A DNA stretch of 64,000 bases from a virus, in the IMG/VR virus record IMGVR_UViG_3300035128_000113; one strand, given 5' to 3'. Positions 37,050 to 47,634 of this stretch are shown here, piece after piece; position 1 is the first letter of the stretch; each line of letters starts with the position of its first letter. A program made the position numbers and the translations under genes. Below the pieces are notes generated by a model. The model worked only from the letters and a program-made list of their open reading frames with translations. It was not told the origin of the DNA and ran no database searches.

Positions 37050-39005
37050 CTAACCCTCTTCTCTCTTTTTGGCGTCTAAACACGCCTGCTTCCAACTATA
37101 GCCAATACCCGGATTAGCCTTCATTGGAACTCTTAACTTGACTGCATTCTCCAAATGCCTACGAAGATCCGCTGCCCCTTCTTCAGCAAAATCTTTTCGG
37201 AACTCACAAATTGCTTCATCATGTACAAACGAAAGTATTTTTACCTTCCCCTCCCCAGTCCAATAATCGTACAAAAGCCCTCGGCTCTTCCACTCCCTAT
37301 ACATATTCCTGGCCGCCAACATAAGAACATCCGCAACGCTACCCTGGTCAGGGGTATTCGATGCCTCCCGAAAAGCCGAAGAATATTTTCTTGAGGCCTT
37401 AGGATTATTTATAATCTTAAGCCTATGATCCAACTCAGACTCCCCATCTAGAAGGTTCCTCTTGTCTACCTTTATGTATCCTTTTGGAATAAACCTTAAC
37501 CTGCCGGTTATGGTCCTCACATAACCATGTGTAGCCACGAACAGATGCATATCCTTTTGATACTTTCGAACTCCGGGGTAATTGCCGTGCCATCTATTCC
37601 AAATAATCTTCGCCGCAGATACGGGTATACCCAACCCATGAGCCAACGTCCCTGCCATCATCTCATAAATAATACCCAAATTTACAACTTTACCGGCACC
37701 TCTGTCACACCCACAAGCATCGGCAGTCTGCTGATGAACGTCTAAATCTTCATTGTACGCCCTCATCAAATTAGGATCACAACTCAAATGAGCCATCATA
37801 CGTAAATCCGCTTGGGAATAATCAGCATCACAAATATCCCAACCTTCATCCGCAACAAAACTGTCCCTAATCTCACCCCCAAGCTTCTTCAAATTAGGAA
37901 TATTCTGCAAATTGGGATTCGATGAAGCTAACCTACCTGTCGCTGTTCTCGTCTGGTTAAACTCACATCTGAGCCGTCCATCAACCGACCGGTCAGCCTT
38001 CTCCACTAGAGAGACAGTATAGTTGGAAATGAACTTTGACACCTTCGAATGCCTATCCTTAAGCTCGAGAATATGGAGCCCTTTCGAACCCCTTTTAAGA
38101 TGATACCTCAGCTCCCCACGAACTTCTTTGTTTACTGGATACTCACCACTACTACCCTTCTCAAAATGAGGAAGTATCGGCCAAACCTGCATCTCCTTGA
38201 ATAGTCGCGCTGATACTGCTTGATTCCTGTTAGGATGCACTCCAACAAGTGACTCAAACTCTTTGACTATGCGCGTCTCTTCTTCTCGAAACTTTAGATC
38301 TATCTCAAGAATTCTGTCCCTATCGATAGCAAAACCGACCTCCCTCATATGGGACAAGACTTTTGCGAACTCACAAGACATCTCCACAAACGCTTTATAT
38401 GCCCCATACTCTTTGAGCTTAGGGACCCAAAACTCACCCAACCTCAGCGCCGCTAGAGAGTCGTCTCCACAATAATCCCCCACGGTATCCGAAGGTACCT
38501 CGTGAGCTCTTGTCCCTACTGGAACAACGTCTTCCCAATCGAGCATCCTCATCTTTAGAAATTTTCTCGCCGCCGGCTTCAACTTCAATCCGTCTTTGCC
38601 AGGAAGCCTCTGCCCTAAAGAATACTGAGCTATCTGACTGCAAAGAAGTGTACCAACTATCTCGATACCAAATGACCTTAGAGCCATATGCTCGTACTTG
38701 GAGTTATGTGCCCAAATTACAGCTTTAGGATCTTCAAGAACTCTCTTTACTGCCCCATAGGCTCCACCAGGCGCCCTTGGTCCTTCTGCATGTGCAAAAG
38801 GAAAATAAGTTTTCGACCCATCAGGAAACCCAAACCCAATGCCAACGATCTGAAGTAAATCATGACGCAAAGGAGCATCCTCTAACGCTACAGCTGCGGT
38901 CGATTCCACGTCCGTTCCAAACGTGCAGTTACATGCTTCCACCTTCTCCAAAAAAGCCGATACATGAGCCTCAGAGGATACAATAGTACTCCACTCCATT
39001 AACAA
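37050..39005 (-). CDS. polA: family A DNA polymerase with 3'-5' exonuclease
   Basis: DVE/HNSKYE/YCGDD exonuclease motifs; TGRLASSNPNLQNIP; DYSQ; FVHDE. Confidence 0.95.
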   Translation of the reverse strand: MLMEWSTIVSSEAHVSAFLEKVEACNCTFGTDVESTAAVALEDAPLRHDLLQIVGIGFGFPDGSKTYFPFAHAEGPRAPGGAYGAVKRVLEDPKAVIWAHNSKYEHMALRSFGIEIVGTLLCSQIAQYSLGQRLPGKDGLKLKPAARKFLKMRMLDWEDVVPVGTRAHEVPSDTVGDYCGDDSLAALRLGEFWVPKLKEYGAYKAFVEMSCEFAKVLSHMREVGFAIDRDRILEIDLKFREEETRIVKEFESLVGVHPNRNQAVSARLFKEMQVWPILPHFEKGSSGEYPVNKEVRGELRYHLKRGSKGLHILELKDRHSKVSKFISNYTVSLVEKADRSVDGRLRCEFNQTRTATGRLASSNPNLQNIPNLKKLGGEIRDSFVADEGWDICDADYSQADLRMMAHLSCDPNLMRAYNEDLDVHQQTADACGCDRGAGKVVNLGIIYEMMAGTLAHGLGIPVSAAKIIWNRWHGNYPGVRKYQKDMHLFVATHGYVRTITGRLRFIPKGYIKVDKRNLLDGESELDHRLKIINNPKASRKYSSAFREASNTPDQGSVADVLMLAARNMYREWKSRGLLYDYWTGEGKVKILSFVHDEAICEFRKDFAEEGAADLRRHLENAVKLRVPMKANPGIGYSWKQACLDAKKREEG

Positions 39006-39040
39006 CCTCCAACTACTTCGGGTATACCTCTAAACCCTAA

Positions 39041-39790
39041 CTAGAAAGGTATTTGGTCGGTTCCCTCACCGATGCGGGCATTGACCCTTGTACCCCCAGA
39101 ATCCACTGGGTCGGCCATATTGCCAAGAATCAGATATCGAGTTATTTCTTCTGGAGTCTTTGGGGCCAAAATTTGAGAATAATCAAACGGCTGTAGGTTG
39201 TCGGGCAACTCAACCTTTCCTACCCATTCAACTTCACCCCCAGTACTCGGCTCCCCCTTTTCCGACCGGATGAACAGCCCCTTCCACCCTCTAAGCCCAC
39301 CTTCCTGAAATACCTGCCGGCGCTTCCTTCTCAACTTGCCCGCAAACTTAGTCTTCGCAATCAATAAAGTGATTTCATCCCCATTAGGATTTCGGAGCTC
39401 TTCTTTTACCATATATGGCGTATGATTAATCACAGTATATGCATGTGCTGTATACGGCCGTTTCTGATTTGCCGGGATAACCTTACTTCTACAAATAGGG
39501 CACGCCATTGGCCTTCCTGTAATGGGATGCGGAAGACCTTCAATACACGTAGTATGATTAAACCAATTGCCCCTCATCTCAAAATTGTGTTCTTCAAATG
39601 CATAGGGAGTATTGTACCCGCCTGGATTGACGTTGCCATCCAAAAAAGTAAATGGCATACCGTCAGAGTCCTCCGGAGTAACCGGCATATAGACTCTGGG
39701 AATAAAACCCCGCTCAGCGGTCTTTATTCGCTCCGTCAACTCCGTGTCAGCTTCATCCCCCGATCTGAAATACCTTGGTCGTTCTGTCAT
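39041..39790 (-). CDS. single-stranded DNA-binding protein (phage type)
   Basis: FEEHN...CPIC; C-terminal DQIPF tail; next to polA. Confidence 0.7.
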   Translation of the reverse strand: MTERPRYFRSGDEADTELTERIKTAERGFIPRVYMPVTPEDSDGMPFTFLDGNVNPGGYNTPYAFEEHNFEMRGNWFNHTTCIEGLPHPITGRPMACPICRSKVIPANQKRPYTAHAYTVINHTPYMVKEELRNPNGDEITLLIAKTKFAGKLRRKRRQVFQEGGLRGWKGLFIRSEKGEPSTGGEVEWVGKVELPDNLQPFDYSQILAPKTPEEITRYLILGNMADPVDSGGTRVNARIGEGTDQIPF

Positions 39791-39862
39791 GCTGTCTCCT
39801 TGGCTCTAAAGCCTTTTGTGTTTTATGCTTCTGGGCGTAGCTTATCATCAAAACCAGTTTTG

Positions 39863-40426
39863 TCAATCTCTTCCTGCCGAATACTTTGATCTATAAAAGA
39901 TATTTTTGAACTTAACTCCTGCCTCGGGTAAAACTCTAACCCAACTGGCATGCGGGGTATCCATGCTACCTCCCCAATGAATAGCTCCCTTAACTGGATT
40001 CGGTCTAAACCCCTTAGACCACTGCTCAAGCTCAAACAATATCTTGTTCCAAAACTTCAAATGCCCTTTCCAACTTAACCTCTTTGGCCACCCCTTTGGC
40101 CGCTTTCCATCCAATCTCAAGTCAAAAATCCACTTACGCTTATGAGAATTTCTACTCTTTACCGCCGCCGAATAACTTCGAATAACCCCCTCCAAAGTGT
40201 CCCTCCCAGCAGAAGACTTCCATCGCACAGCATATACCCAAGCTATTCCAATGCACTCCTCATATGCGTCAAATCCTGCTTCCCCCACACACGATCTGGC
40301 AAGCCATACTTTAGTGCTATCGGTCCATTGCTCGCGGGGTATCGGCCTCCCACCTCTGGATACTCCACTCCCAAAACATGCAAAAGATATCATCAGAATT
40401 AAAATGACCGTCAACAGACTTTTCAT
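39863..40426 (-). CDS. SleB/Hydrolase_2-like cell-wall hydrolase
   Basis: Signal peptide; LARSCVGEAG; PNPVKGAIHW; NIFY. Confidence 0.55.
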   Translation of the reverse strand: MKSLLTVILILMISFACFGSGVSRGGRPIPREQWTDSTKVWLARSCVGEAGFDAYEECIGIAWVYAVRWKSSAGRDTLEGVIRSYSAAVKSRNSHKRKWIFDLRLDGKRPKGWPKRLSWKGHLKFWNKILFELEQWSKGFRPNPVKGAIHWGGSMDTPHASWVRVLPEAGVKFKNIFYRSKYSAGRD

Positions 40427-40434
40427 AGTACCTC

Positions 40435-41463
40435 CTAAACAGCTATCAACCCAGCATTATCGATAAGCGATATTACATCCACCCCATCCTCTACCAACTT
40501 GGCCGGGTCACTTTTGACATATCCTGCTACTCTCGGATACCTCACTCCCCTCAACAAAGTCCTATCCTGAATAGCTACAATCAGCTTTCTTTGTCCCGTC
40601 CATCCGGCCGGGTCATTATCAAAAAATGCAACTACAGATTTAAAATTGTCGCATAGGAACTTCTCCCTTTTACCTGACACCTCCGTACCCAAAAGACCCA
40701 ATACACTATACTCTTCAGACCTCCCGGCTCGGTGTATCTCCTGCCAAACAGAAATGGTATCCACCACTCCCTCAACAACTACAGCAACAGTATCCTTCTT
40801 AGCTAAATGCTCACCTAGAAAATACCTCGACGTAGGAAAATTAAAATAATTGTGATACCTCTTTTTCCCCACAACTGAGCGCCCTACTGCCCCAACTAAA
40901 TTTAAATAATTAAAACAACTGTACCCAATTGATTTTTGCATCTCTCTTACTGGAAATACAAACCGATTAAACCTACGATCATACATGCACTCCCATACAC
41001 CTAGAGTGTCATCTTCCAGACCTCTCTTGGCTAACACCTCAGGTCTGTACCCACTCTCAAAATGCATATTCAACAAGCCTTCACATAAAATATCGACCCT
41101 GTGGCTCTCCTCGCCGTCCCTTTCGTCAAACCCGCGTATATCCAAAACCATCTGAATTGGATCACCTTCCTCAATATCATCAACCCAATCCCTAATCTTT
41201 TGTATATTTTTCCCCGATAATTGAGCATACTTAAACAACAAATAGGACAAATTACCTTTAAACTGGCATGCAAAACAATTCACCAACGATGGCTTTCCCT
41301 TATCATTAAAAGAGATGCCCATAGACCCCGCATGGTCGCTTCCTTTAGTATGGCCAAACCTCCACTTAGCTAACAGACAGGGAATCTGAACATTTTTTTC
41401 ATACTCTATGACTTCTTTGACTCCTAACTCCTCAAGCATCTTCCATAATTGCTTCTTGTTCAC
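40435..41463 (-). CDS. dnaG: DNA primase (Zn finger + TOPRIM)
   Basis: CLL..H...NCFAC; VVVEGVVD; FFDNDPAG. Confidence 0.88.
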   Translation of the reverse strand: MNKKQLWKMLEELGVKEVIEYEKNVQIPCLLAKWRFGHTKGSDHAGSMGISFNDKGKPSLVNCFACQFKGNLSYLLFKYAQLSGKNIQKIRDWVDDIEEGDPIQMVLDIRGFDERDGEESHRVDILCEGLLNMHFESGYRPEVLAKRGLEDDTLGVWECMYDRRFNRFVFPVREMQKSIGYSCFNYLNLVGAVGRSVVGKKRYHNYFNFPTSRYFLGEHLAKKDTVAVVVEGVVDTISVWQEIHRAGRSEEYSVLGLLGTEVSGKREKFLCDNFKSVVAFFDNDPAGWTGQRKLIVAIQDRTLLRGVRYPRVAGYVKSDPAKLVEDGVDVISLIDNAGLIAV

Positions 41464-41720
41464 TATTCGCCCTCGCCCCTATTTCCGCCGAACAACGGCA
41501 ATACTGCATCTATTTGCATCGCCACCCCGGAGGCCCTACCCCCAACTCTACCGAAACGTTCATTCTTTACATGATCAACAACTTCCGATAGCACGCCATG
41601 AAGATGCTCCACCATAACGGTGTCAACCACTTCGCCCTCACGTGAAATGACATACTTGATAACCTCAACTAACTTTTTAAAGTCCTTTTCCCCAACTTCT
41701 ATAAACATGACTCTCCTCAA
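41463..41720 (-). CDS. hypothetical protein
   Basis: 85-aa ORF. Confidence 0.55.
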   Translation of the reverse strand: MRRVMFIEVGEKDFKKLVEVIKYVISREGEVVDTVMVEHLHGVLSEVVDHVKNERFGRVGGRASGVAMQIDAVLPLFGGNRGEGE

Positions 41721-42976
41721 TAATCTATTTCTTCAGTTACCATAACTTCCTGTGCCCTTTTGACCTCTTCTGTACCCGGACCTTTATCCGGGAACTCCAT
41801 CGCATCCAAATCCCATCCACTAACCCACTCAACGTTGAACTCTTCACTCTCCCGTATCTTCAACACCCTGAACAACATCTCTTTATTCAACCTTAACTCA
41901 TCTGTCTGGTACATACCCAAAATAAGATCAAACCACATTTTCACATCACCATACTTAAGTGTGTCGGCCGAACCTTCTGAACCTCTACCTTCCAAATTAA
42001 ACTGATGTGAAATGCCTACCGGTATGCCCTCGTCTTGTCCCAACCTCTTAAGTTGACCACAGACATTAGACCATCGCTCCCAAGACTGCCGTCCATGCGA
42101 CTCATCCGAAAGTAAATACCCGCCATCAATCCATAAAACATTCGGCTTATACTTTCGAACCTTGGCACGTATCCCCGTGACAGTAAGTTGCCTCCTATCC
42201 CCTGAAACCCAGAATGGCAACCCATCTTTCATGTCACGCAACGAACGCTCCCACCTCTCCAACTCTTCTCCACTAAGCATACCTGCCCTAAATCTCTTAT
42301 AAGGCAATTTAGCACAAGTAGCATCAATACGCCTGACCATTTGCTTCACTGACATTTCATTTGAAATAACTAACGGTACATAGCCCATCATCCACTCAGT
42401 ACAAGCAAAAACAACCTCACTCCAGGTCTTACCCACCCCACTTCTGCCCGCCAGCATTATTAAATCTTCAGACTGCAAACCTAATGTAGCCTCATTCAAC
42501 ATCTTCCAAGGCGTAGGTATACCTATCATCCCATCGCACTTTGCAATATCATTATACTCGCTTAACCGCGCCTCAGTGTTTTCAACTAGATTCACATCCC
42601 TAGAAAAATCTTCATCAGCCTGTATCCTTAATACCGTCTCCTTCATCAACCCGAACGCGTCTAATGGCTTCGCCTTCTCCATCAATCGAGCCATACCTCG
42701 AAGAGACTCACGCATCGCATTGTGGATATGTCGCTTTTTCAGCTCATCTACTATAAGCCCTACTGGAGCATCCGACTTCTTAACCTCAAAACTCGGAAAA
42801 TGTTGCTGAACAATCTCTATAGAAGGGGGTCCACCATGCTCACGATAAGACCATAGAACAAACTGCCATACCGACAAATTAGTAACAAAATAATCATCCT
42901 TTATACCCTTGTCGATAATTTCCCCAACCGCATTGTCTAGAATAGCCTTCGATATTGCTATTGATTCATAATCCAT
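41717..42976 (-). CDS. dnaB: DnaB-like replicative helicase
   Basis: GIPTPW, AGRSGVGKT, SNEM, WIDGGYL, HQFN. Confidence 0.9.
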   Translation of the reverse strand: MDYESIAISKAILDNAVGEIIDKGIKDDYFVTNLSVWQFVLWSYREHGGPPSIEIVQQHFPSFEVKKSDAPVGLIVDELKKRHIHNAMRESLRGMARLMEKAKPLDAFGLMKETVLRIQADEDFSRDVNLVENTEARLSEYNDIAKCDGMIGIPTPWKMLNEATLGLQSEDLIMLAGRSGVGKTWSEVVFACTEWMMGYVPLVISNEMSVKQMVRRIDATCAKLPYKRFRAGMLSGEELERWERSLRDMKDGLPFWVSGDRRQLTVTGIRAKVRKYKPNVLWIDGGYLLSDESHGRQSWERWSNVCGQLKRLGQDEGIPVGISHQFNLEGRGSEGSADTLKYGDVKMWFDLILGMYQTDELRLNKEMLFRVLKIRESEEFNVEWVSGWDLDAMEFPDKGPGTEEVKRAQEVMVTEEIDY

Positions 42977-43397
42977 GTACCCTCTCTGTCCATCCTGAAT
43001 GCCTATCTACGACTTTATTTAACCCCAAAAGATACGGGTCATTTGTGAATACCCTAACCAAATCTGGCGCTACACAAACCCACTGCTTGAACTTATATCG
43101 GTCATCAAACAACAGCACATCTGATAACCCTTGTAAAAGAACTTCTTTTATAACTTCTGAATAGACACCCTTCCCCACAATAAACCCTACTGCTCTGTAC
43201 TCAAACTCCCTACTAATCCAATCTATCGCCCCATCCCTCCACTTATACCGATACATCAGAAACCCTGGCATACCTGAAGCCATAAGAAACCTATCGACAA
43301 TCTTGCCGACTTTTGAACTCTCTGGCTCCTCCAAAAGAATCCGGAAATCCACCCCAAACATGGGTGACAACATGTTAGACAACTCACCTCTAAGCAT
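42966..43397 (-). CDS. hypothetical protein
   Basis: 143-aa ORF. Confidence 0.6.
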   Translation of the reverse strand: MLRGELSNMLSPMFGVDFRILLEEPESSKVGKIVDRFLMASGMPGFLMYRYKWRDGAIDWISREFEYRAVGFIVGKGVYSEVIKEVLLQGLSDVLLFDDRYKFKQWVCVAPDLVRVFTNDPYLLGLNKVVDRHSGWTERVHGL

Positions 43398-43405
43398 GTC
43401 TAAAC

Positions 43406-44023
43406 CTATCGAATACCGACTTTATACTTCATGTACTCTTCTGCAACCCCATAGACCCCCGGAGTACCCTCAGTGTACCTTGACCTCAAAAACCTTACGA
43501 CTTTTTGTCTCATCTCAAAGCCCAATAATCCAAACTGAACCCCTGAAAGAACATAGACCAATAAAAAATATTTAAACCCCACAAAAAAACAAAACAAACC
43601 AGCATAAGGCAATCTAAATATCCACCTGAACACACTATACGCTTCATAATCCACTACATAATCCACAGCTTCTCTCAAAGCGTACTGTTGCCCTTCTGCT
43701 CTACTTACATGCTTAGGCGGCCTATACCACCCCCCGTGCCCTAGAGGGCGAACATGTCGGCCCTTGGCTTTCCCCCGGGGGAGTTCACACCACAGGCCGC
43801 CAATGAACCACAGTCGACCCCCATAAAGAAGACGAACGCATAGAACTACAATCCATGAAGCCACATCTGGGCTAACACAAGTGAAACGTAAAATCCTACC
43901 CAAAACTGTAGCATCCTTTTCCACTTCACTTATTGGCCTTTCTCGCTGCCATCTCCGCCAACCGGTCCTTCCGGTCTTGTGCTCGAGCATCAAACATCCG
44001 TTGGTCTCGCCACAAATTCTCAC
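43406..44023 (-). CDS. hypothetical protein (start probably GTG at 43924)
   Basis: Track start overlaps the upstream gene by ~100 nt. Confidence 0.5.
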   Translation of the reverse strand: MRICGETNGCLMLEHKTGRTGWRRWQRERPISEVEKDATVLGRILRFTCVSPDVASWIVVLCVRLLYGGRLWFIGGLWCELPRGKAKGRHVRPLGHGGWYRPPKHVSRAEGQQYALREAVDYVVDYEAYSVFRWIFRLPYAGLFCFFVGFKYFLLVYVLSGVQFGLLGFEMRQKVVRFLRSRYTEGTPGVYGVAEEYMKYKVGIR

Positions 44024-44351
44024 TACTCGAGATCCTTCCGGTATTTTTTACTACTTGAACAGCTCTTGCCGACCAAAGCTCCGTAGTACCCGTGTCTATC
44101 CCACTCACGATAGGAAGGACTTTCCCAATATTCCTAATACACCAATCACGAATACCTGCCGTTACCGCCGGACTGGTTACGCCTTCAACTCTGGCCGTAA
44201 CTATTCTGACATCTTTCCCTTCTGCCAACCACCACTTCACCCGTTTAATCATCATAGCCACAGGCTGCCCAATCCCCAAAGCATCCTGATATGAAACCTC
44301 GGTGGCTAATGTCCCATCCAACTCAACTCCTACCCAATCTTTATCGCTCAT
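43926..44351 (-). CDS. small phage HAD-like protein
   Basis: WVGVELDGTLA, VRIVTARV, ELWSARAVQV. Confidence 0.7.
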   Translation of the reverse strand: MSDKDWVGVELDGTLATEVSYQDALGIGQPVAMMIKRVKWWLAEGKDVRIVTARVEGVTSPAVTAGIRDWCIRNIGKVLPIVSGIDTGTTELWSARAVQVVKNTGRISSSENLWRDQRMFDARAQDRKDRLAEMAARKANK

Positions 44352-45319
44352 GCTGTCCTCCTAGATACTTTATACGGCATAATGCACTCTACATCAAACA
44401 ACCCTGCATCCCAATACTTCTTAGCATAGTTCCGAGTTCTCTGATACCGACCGTTTTCCAAGTCATCACTCCAACGACCAAACGAAGAATTACCAAAGGC
44501 AGCAACGATAGCTTTCGAAACCATAGGGCTCTGCTCCTTTATTGCTTCAACTCCAAGCTTATCTACGACTTTTCTGCAAAGGACTTTTAGAGCATATCCT
44601 GGAGCATTAACCGAATGGCTCCAAAACAGGCTCATAGCTAAACTGTAATGGTCGGGCAAACCACAAACGGCTGTTAACGAAACCCCATCGTAGAACACCT
44701 CAGACAAAGTCATTTTTGCATATGCATCGTTACGACAGAAACGGAGCCTACGCCGGCTCATAGTCTCAAAATGACGTTTACCGTAATTCAACTGGGCATC
44801 CAATCCGTAGGGCTCTGAAAACGCCTCATGAAACTCAACAACCCATCTACGACACTCCCTTCTTCCTTTGCCGTCTAGAGGCATAATGCCCTCTGCATCG
44901 CCTGTAAACATGTTCCGGATAAACTGACCGGTAACCGGCTTACCTGTATCCTCGGATACACACTTGCCATCCAAGGATAGATACACACCATATTCTTTAA
45001 GATGCCGATCTATAGCTGCCGTTAAGCCAAGAGTTCTAAATTCATCAAGCAACTTCCACAATGGCCCCTGGTCATTGGCTCGATTATTGTCCGCAAGAGC
45101 CGAAGGATAGACTGCGATTGCCTGATGGATACCCGCGGTCATTCCCGTTCCATCATAATTCATCACACACCCGAAACGACCATTACTCTCGACCATAGCG
45201 GTCAACCATGATGCCTCATCTAGGTGATTCTCGGCCATCGGCGGGCTCATAATTGTACTTCCGTGTATCTTCATCCCCCGATATTTCCCGAAATTAACAA
45301 CTTGCACTCTAGCCATCAC
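44348..45319 (-). CDS. hypothetical protein, possible muralytic enzyme
   Basis: 323-aa ORF; ESNGRFG..MNYDGTGMTAG; function not established. Confidence 0.4.
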   Translation of the reverse strand: MMARVQVVNFGKYRGMKIHGSTIMSPPMAENHLDEASWLTAMVESNGRFGCVMNYDGTGMTAGIHQAIAVYPSALADNNRANDQGPLWKLLDEFRTLGLTAAIDRHLKEYGVYLSLDGKCVSEDTGKPVTGQFIRNMFTGDAEGIMPLDGKGRRECRRWVVEFHEAFSEPYGLDAQLNYGKRHFETMSRRRLRFCRNDAYAKMTLSEVFYDGVSLTAVCGLPDHYSLAMSLFWSHSVNAPGYALKVLCRKVVDKLGVEAIKEQSPMVSKAIVAAFGNSSFGRWSDDLENGRYQRTRNYAKKYWDAGLFDVECIMPYKVSRRTA

Positions 45320-45948
45320 TTTACTCCTTGAAACTTTGATACTTGCTTCAGCAACTTATACGCCTCAGCACTCCTATGATTAACATCGACCAAATTTATT
45401 ATGTGCATACTCTCGCGAGCCAACTCGCAAGTAGACCTGCCGTAGGTCCCCTCAAACTCCTTCATGGAAAAGTTTGTAGTTATAACCGTAACCTTACCGT
45501 CACGTACCCGACTTCTAATCAAGGCCCCAAATCGATTCTCAGCAAACCCGGAGCCTGCTCGGTACTCCTTACCCAAATCGTCAATGACTAAAAAACGAAC
45601 GTCGTTTGCTCGTTCACTAACCGTTTGCCGCGCTTCAGGATACACCGGCCTATCTGTAATCCAGGCCTCCTTCAGCTCCGAAGCCGTTACACAAAAACTA
45701 GGGTATCCATACATCCCCCAAGCGACTTTGCACATAACGGAACCCAAATAAGACTTCCCAACGCCGTTATCCCCATGCAAGAAGACTCCAACTCCAGAAG
45801 GTACAAACTCATCCATATGAGAAAGGTAATACCCACAAGCGGCTCTCTGAGCTTCACTTAAAGCCGCTCTGGTTGCCCTCCAATATTTCACCCCAATGTT
45901 CATAAGATGCATGTGTCCTCTTCGGAGCTTCGTCATCCAACCCCCCAT
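45316..45948 (-). CDS. DnaC/IstB-like AAA+ helicase loader
   Basis: LHGDNGVGKS; LVIDDLGKE; ITTN. Confidence 0.88.
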   Translation of the reverse strand: MGGWMTKLRRGHMHLMNIGVKYWRATRAALSEAQRAACGYYLSHMDEFVPSGVGVFLHGDNGVGKSYLGSVMCKVAWGMYGYPSFCVTASELKEAWITDRPVYPEARQTVSERANDVRFLVIDDLGKEYRAGSGFAENRFGALIRSRVRDGKVTVITTNFSMKEFEGTYGRSTCELARESMHIINLVDVNHRSAEAYKLLKQVSKFQGVK

Positions 45949-46292
45949 GTTTCTTTGTACTCTTCATGATATTTTTCCGGGGTTTTCCCCCGTATGATTG
46001 CCTCCGGAGGGACTTTAAACCGTACTGCCCAATCTCGGCAGAACCTCGCAATATCGTTCTCGCTATATGCCTTTAACACATGCACTACCCGGCCCCCGGA
46101 ATGCCCGATGGTTTTCCCTGAAGTAAAATCAATAAGCTTTACCCAAAATTTCTTCCCCGTCTCATCCGGGGTTATGAAAATATGCTTGCACCGAATCAGA
46201 CTTCTCGGGCTTACGGTTCTTTTTTCGCTGGCCATCGCTCCTCCACTTATGCTTTTCATCAACAACATCAAAAAGAATATAGCATAAAACAT
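45933..46292 (-). CDS. hypothetical protein
   Basis: 119-aa ORF (start may be MASEKR). Confidence 0.55.
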   Translation of the reverse strand: MFYAIFFLMLLMKSISGGAMASEKRTVSPRSLIRCKHIFITPDETGKKFWVKLIDFTSGKTIGHSGGRVVHVLKAYSENDIARFCRDWAVRFKVPPEAIIRGKTPEKYHEEYKETWGVG

Positions 46293-46316
46293 CCAGCCTT
46301 AATTGCCTTTACTCGA

Positions 46317-47426
46317 CTAACTGTCCTCACCGAATGTCTCCGCAATAAATTCTTCAACACTCAATCCCCGAGACGATATGAGCTGTAGCTCATAATCACC
46401 TAGACCATACTTCCGCGCCAAACGAGACTCAGCATCCCGTTCCTCCTTGCTCATACCGCGTTTCTCTCTAAACTCCTCGACACTGGCATCCACCACCATG
46501 GATCTATCCCGATACTCGTTATCATGCACAACAGGCAATCCGTTAACCATCTCTGGATAAAGAGACCTACTATACGCAGACAGTATCCCAACCGTCGGGT
46601 AACCGTGGATCTTATACCTACGACATACGTCTTCCCAATTTTTAATTACGTACTTAACGTACAGCACAACTTGCTCAGCACCATAATTAACAATAAGGCG
46701 TTTCATAAGCCCCCGGTCCTTCCCCACCCATCTAGGGATGCTCCCCCTCCATCCCTTCGCTTTCCAAGCGTCTTCAAAAACAAACCGCATATCGTTGCAG
46801 TTGTATTCGTCAAGAGACTTGTCTTCCATTTTGTCTCTAAGACGTTCTTCCCTACTCGGCCAACTGAAAGGCTTCTTCGGTGGTTTCTCCTTCGGGGGTC
46901 TAGAGACGACTTCTTCAAGCGCATCTGACAAGGAGCTCCTCTGCTTAAACCTCAATGGAGCCATTTTGACTCGTGGGTCTTCACTCAGGTGAAGAGCCAC
47001 ATTTGGGGGACCCAAATAAGTAATAGTATTTTTAAATAAAGCTAGGGAAGAAGAGAAGAAAAGAGAAAGAGTCCCTCTTTCTTGTGGGTCTTCATCTGAC
47101 TGAAGACCCACTGCAGAGCCCCCATTCTGAAGGTCTCCCGAGGCGTCATCCGGATGAAGACCCACTGCATCGTCATCCGAATGAAGAGCCGCAGTAAAGG
47201 AATATATCCACCGATAGGGACCGCTTCTTTTCATTAGAAGTATCCCCTTTTGTTTTAAACTCCGTAGTACCCTCTCAACCGTTGATTTACTTATCGATAA
47301 ATAAGTGATGAGATCTTCTTTAATTACATCCTTAACTTTAGATAACTCCTCGATAGTCAGAATAACACGAACCTCTCTGTCACTTAATCCTGGATACGCC
47401 AACACCCTAGATACCTCGATGCTCAT
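46317..47426 (-). CDS. wHTH replication initiator-like protein
   Basis: N-terminal wHTH (LSISKSTVERVLRSLKQKGIL); low-complexity linker; upstream of DnaC-like gene. Confidence 0.7.
   Translation of the reverse strand: MSIEVSRVLAYPGLSDREVRVILTIEELSKVKDVIKEDLITYLSISKSTVERVLRSLKQKGILLMKRSGPYRWIYSFTAALHSDDDAVGLHPDDASGDLQNGGSAVGLQSDEDPQERGTLSLFFSSSLALFKNTITYLGPPNVALHLSEDPRVKMAPLRFKQRSSLSDALEEVVSRPPKEKPPKKPFSWPSREERLRDKMEDKSLDEYNCNDMRFVFEDAWKAKGWRGSIPRWVGKDRGLMKRLIVNYGAEQVVLYVKYVIKNWEDVCRRYKIHGYPTVGILSAYSRSLYPEMVNGLPVVHDNEYRDRSMVVDASVEEFREKRGMSKEERDAESRLARKYGLGDYELQLISSRGLSVEEFIAETFGEDS
46973..47193. repeat. iteron-like repeats TCA-N6-TGAAGA(C/G)CC plus AT-rich tract; candidate origin
   Basis: gtgggtcttca-N6-tgaagagccac (46973-47000); gtgggtcttca-N6-tgaagacccac (47084-47111); further copies at ~47146 and ~47173. 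Confidence 0.7.
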
Positions 47427-47634
47427 TGATACTCCTAGTAGAAATGGTTAGCACAGTGGTCCACACATTATTAAAAGTGAAGACCTTAACGTAACCGTGC
47501 AGTCCTCAATTTACAGAATTCTTATTTATTCAACCGCTAACTCCGCGTACTACTCTACACAGTACCTACTATATGAGTCAACAGAAAAAGAACCCTTTTC
47601 AAAATTTTGCATACTCTTACCTGTACGATTGAAC

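Noticed and set aside
43926-44351. ELDGT instead of DLDGT in the small HAD protein as a notable finding
   Set aside because: Conservative change in a poorly characterised family; not interpretable without alignment.
47552-47581. Promoter TTGACT-18-TAGAGT upstream of the initiator
   Set aside because: Weaker consensus and non-optimal spacing; plausible but not supported enough to list.
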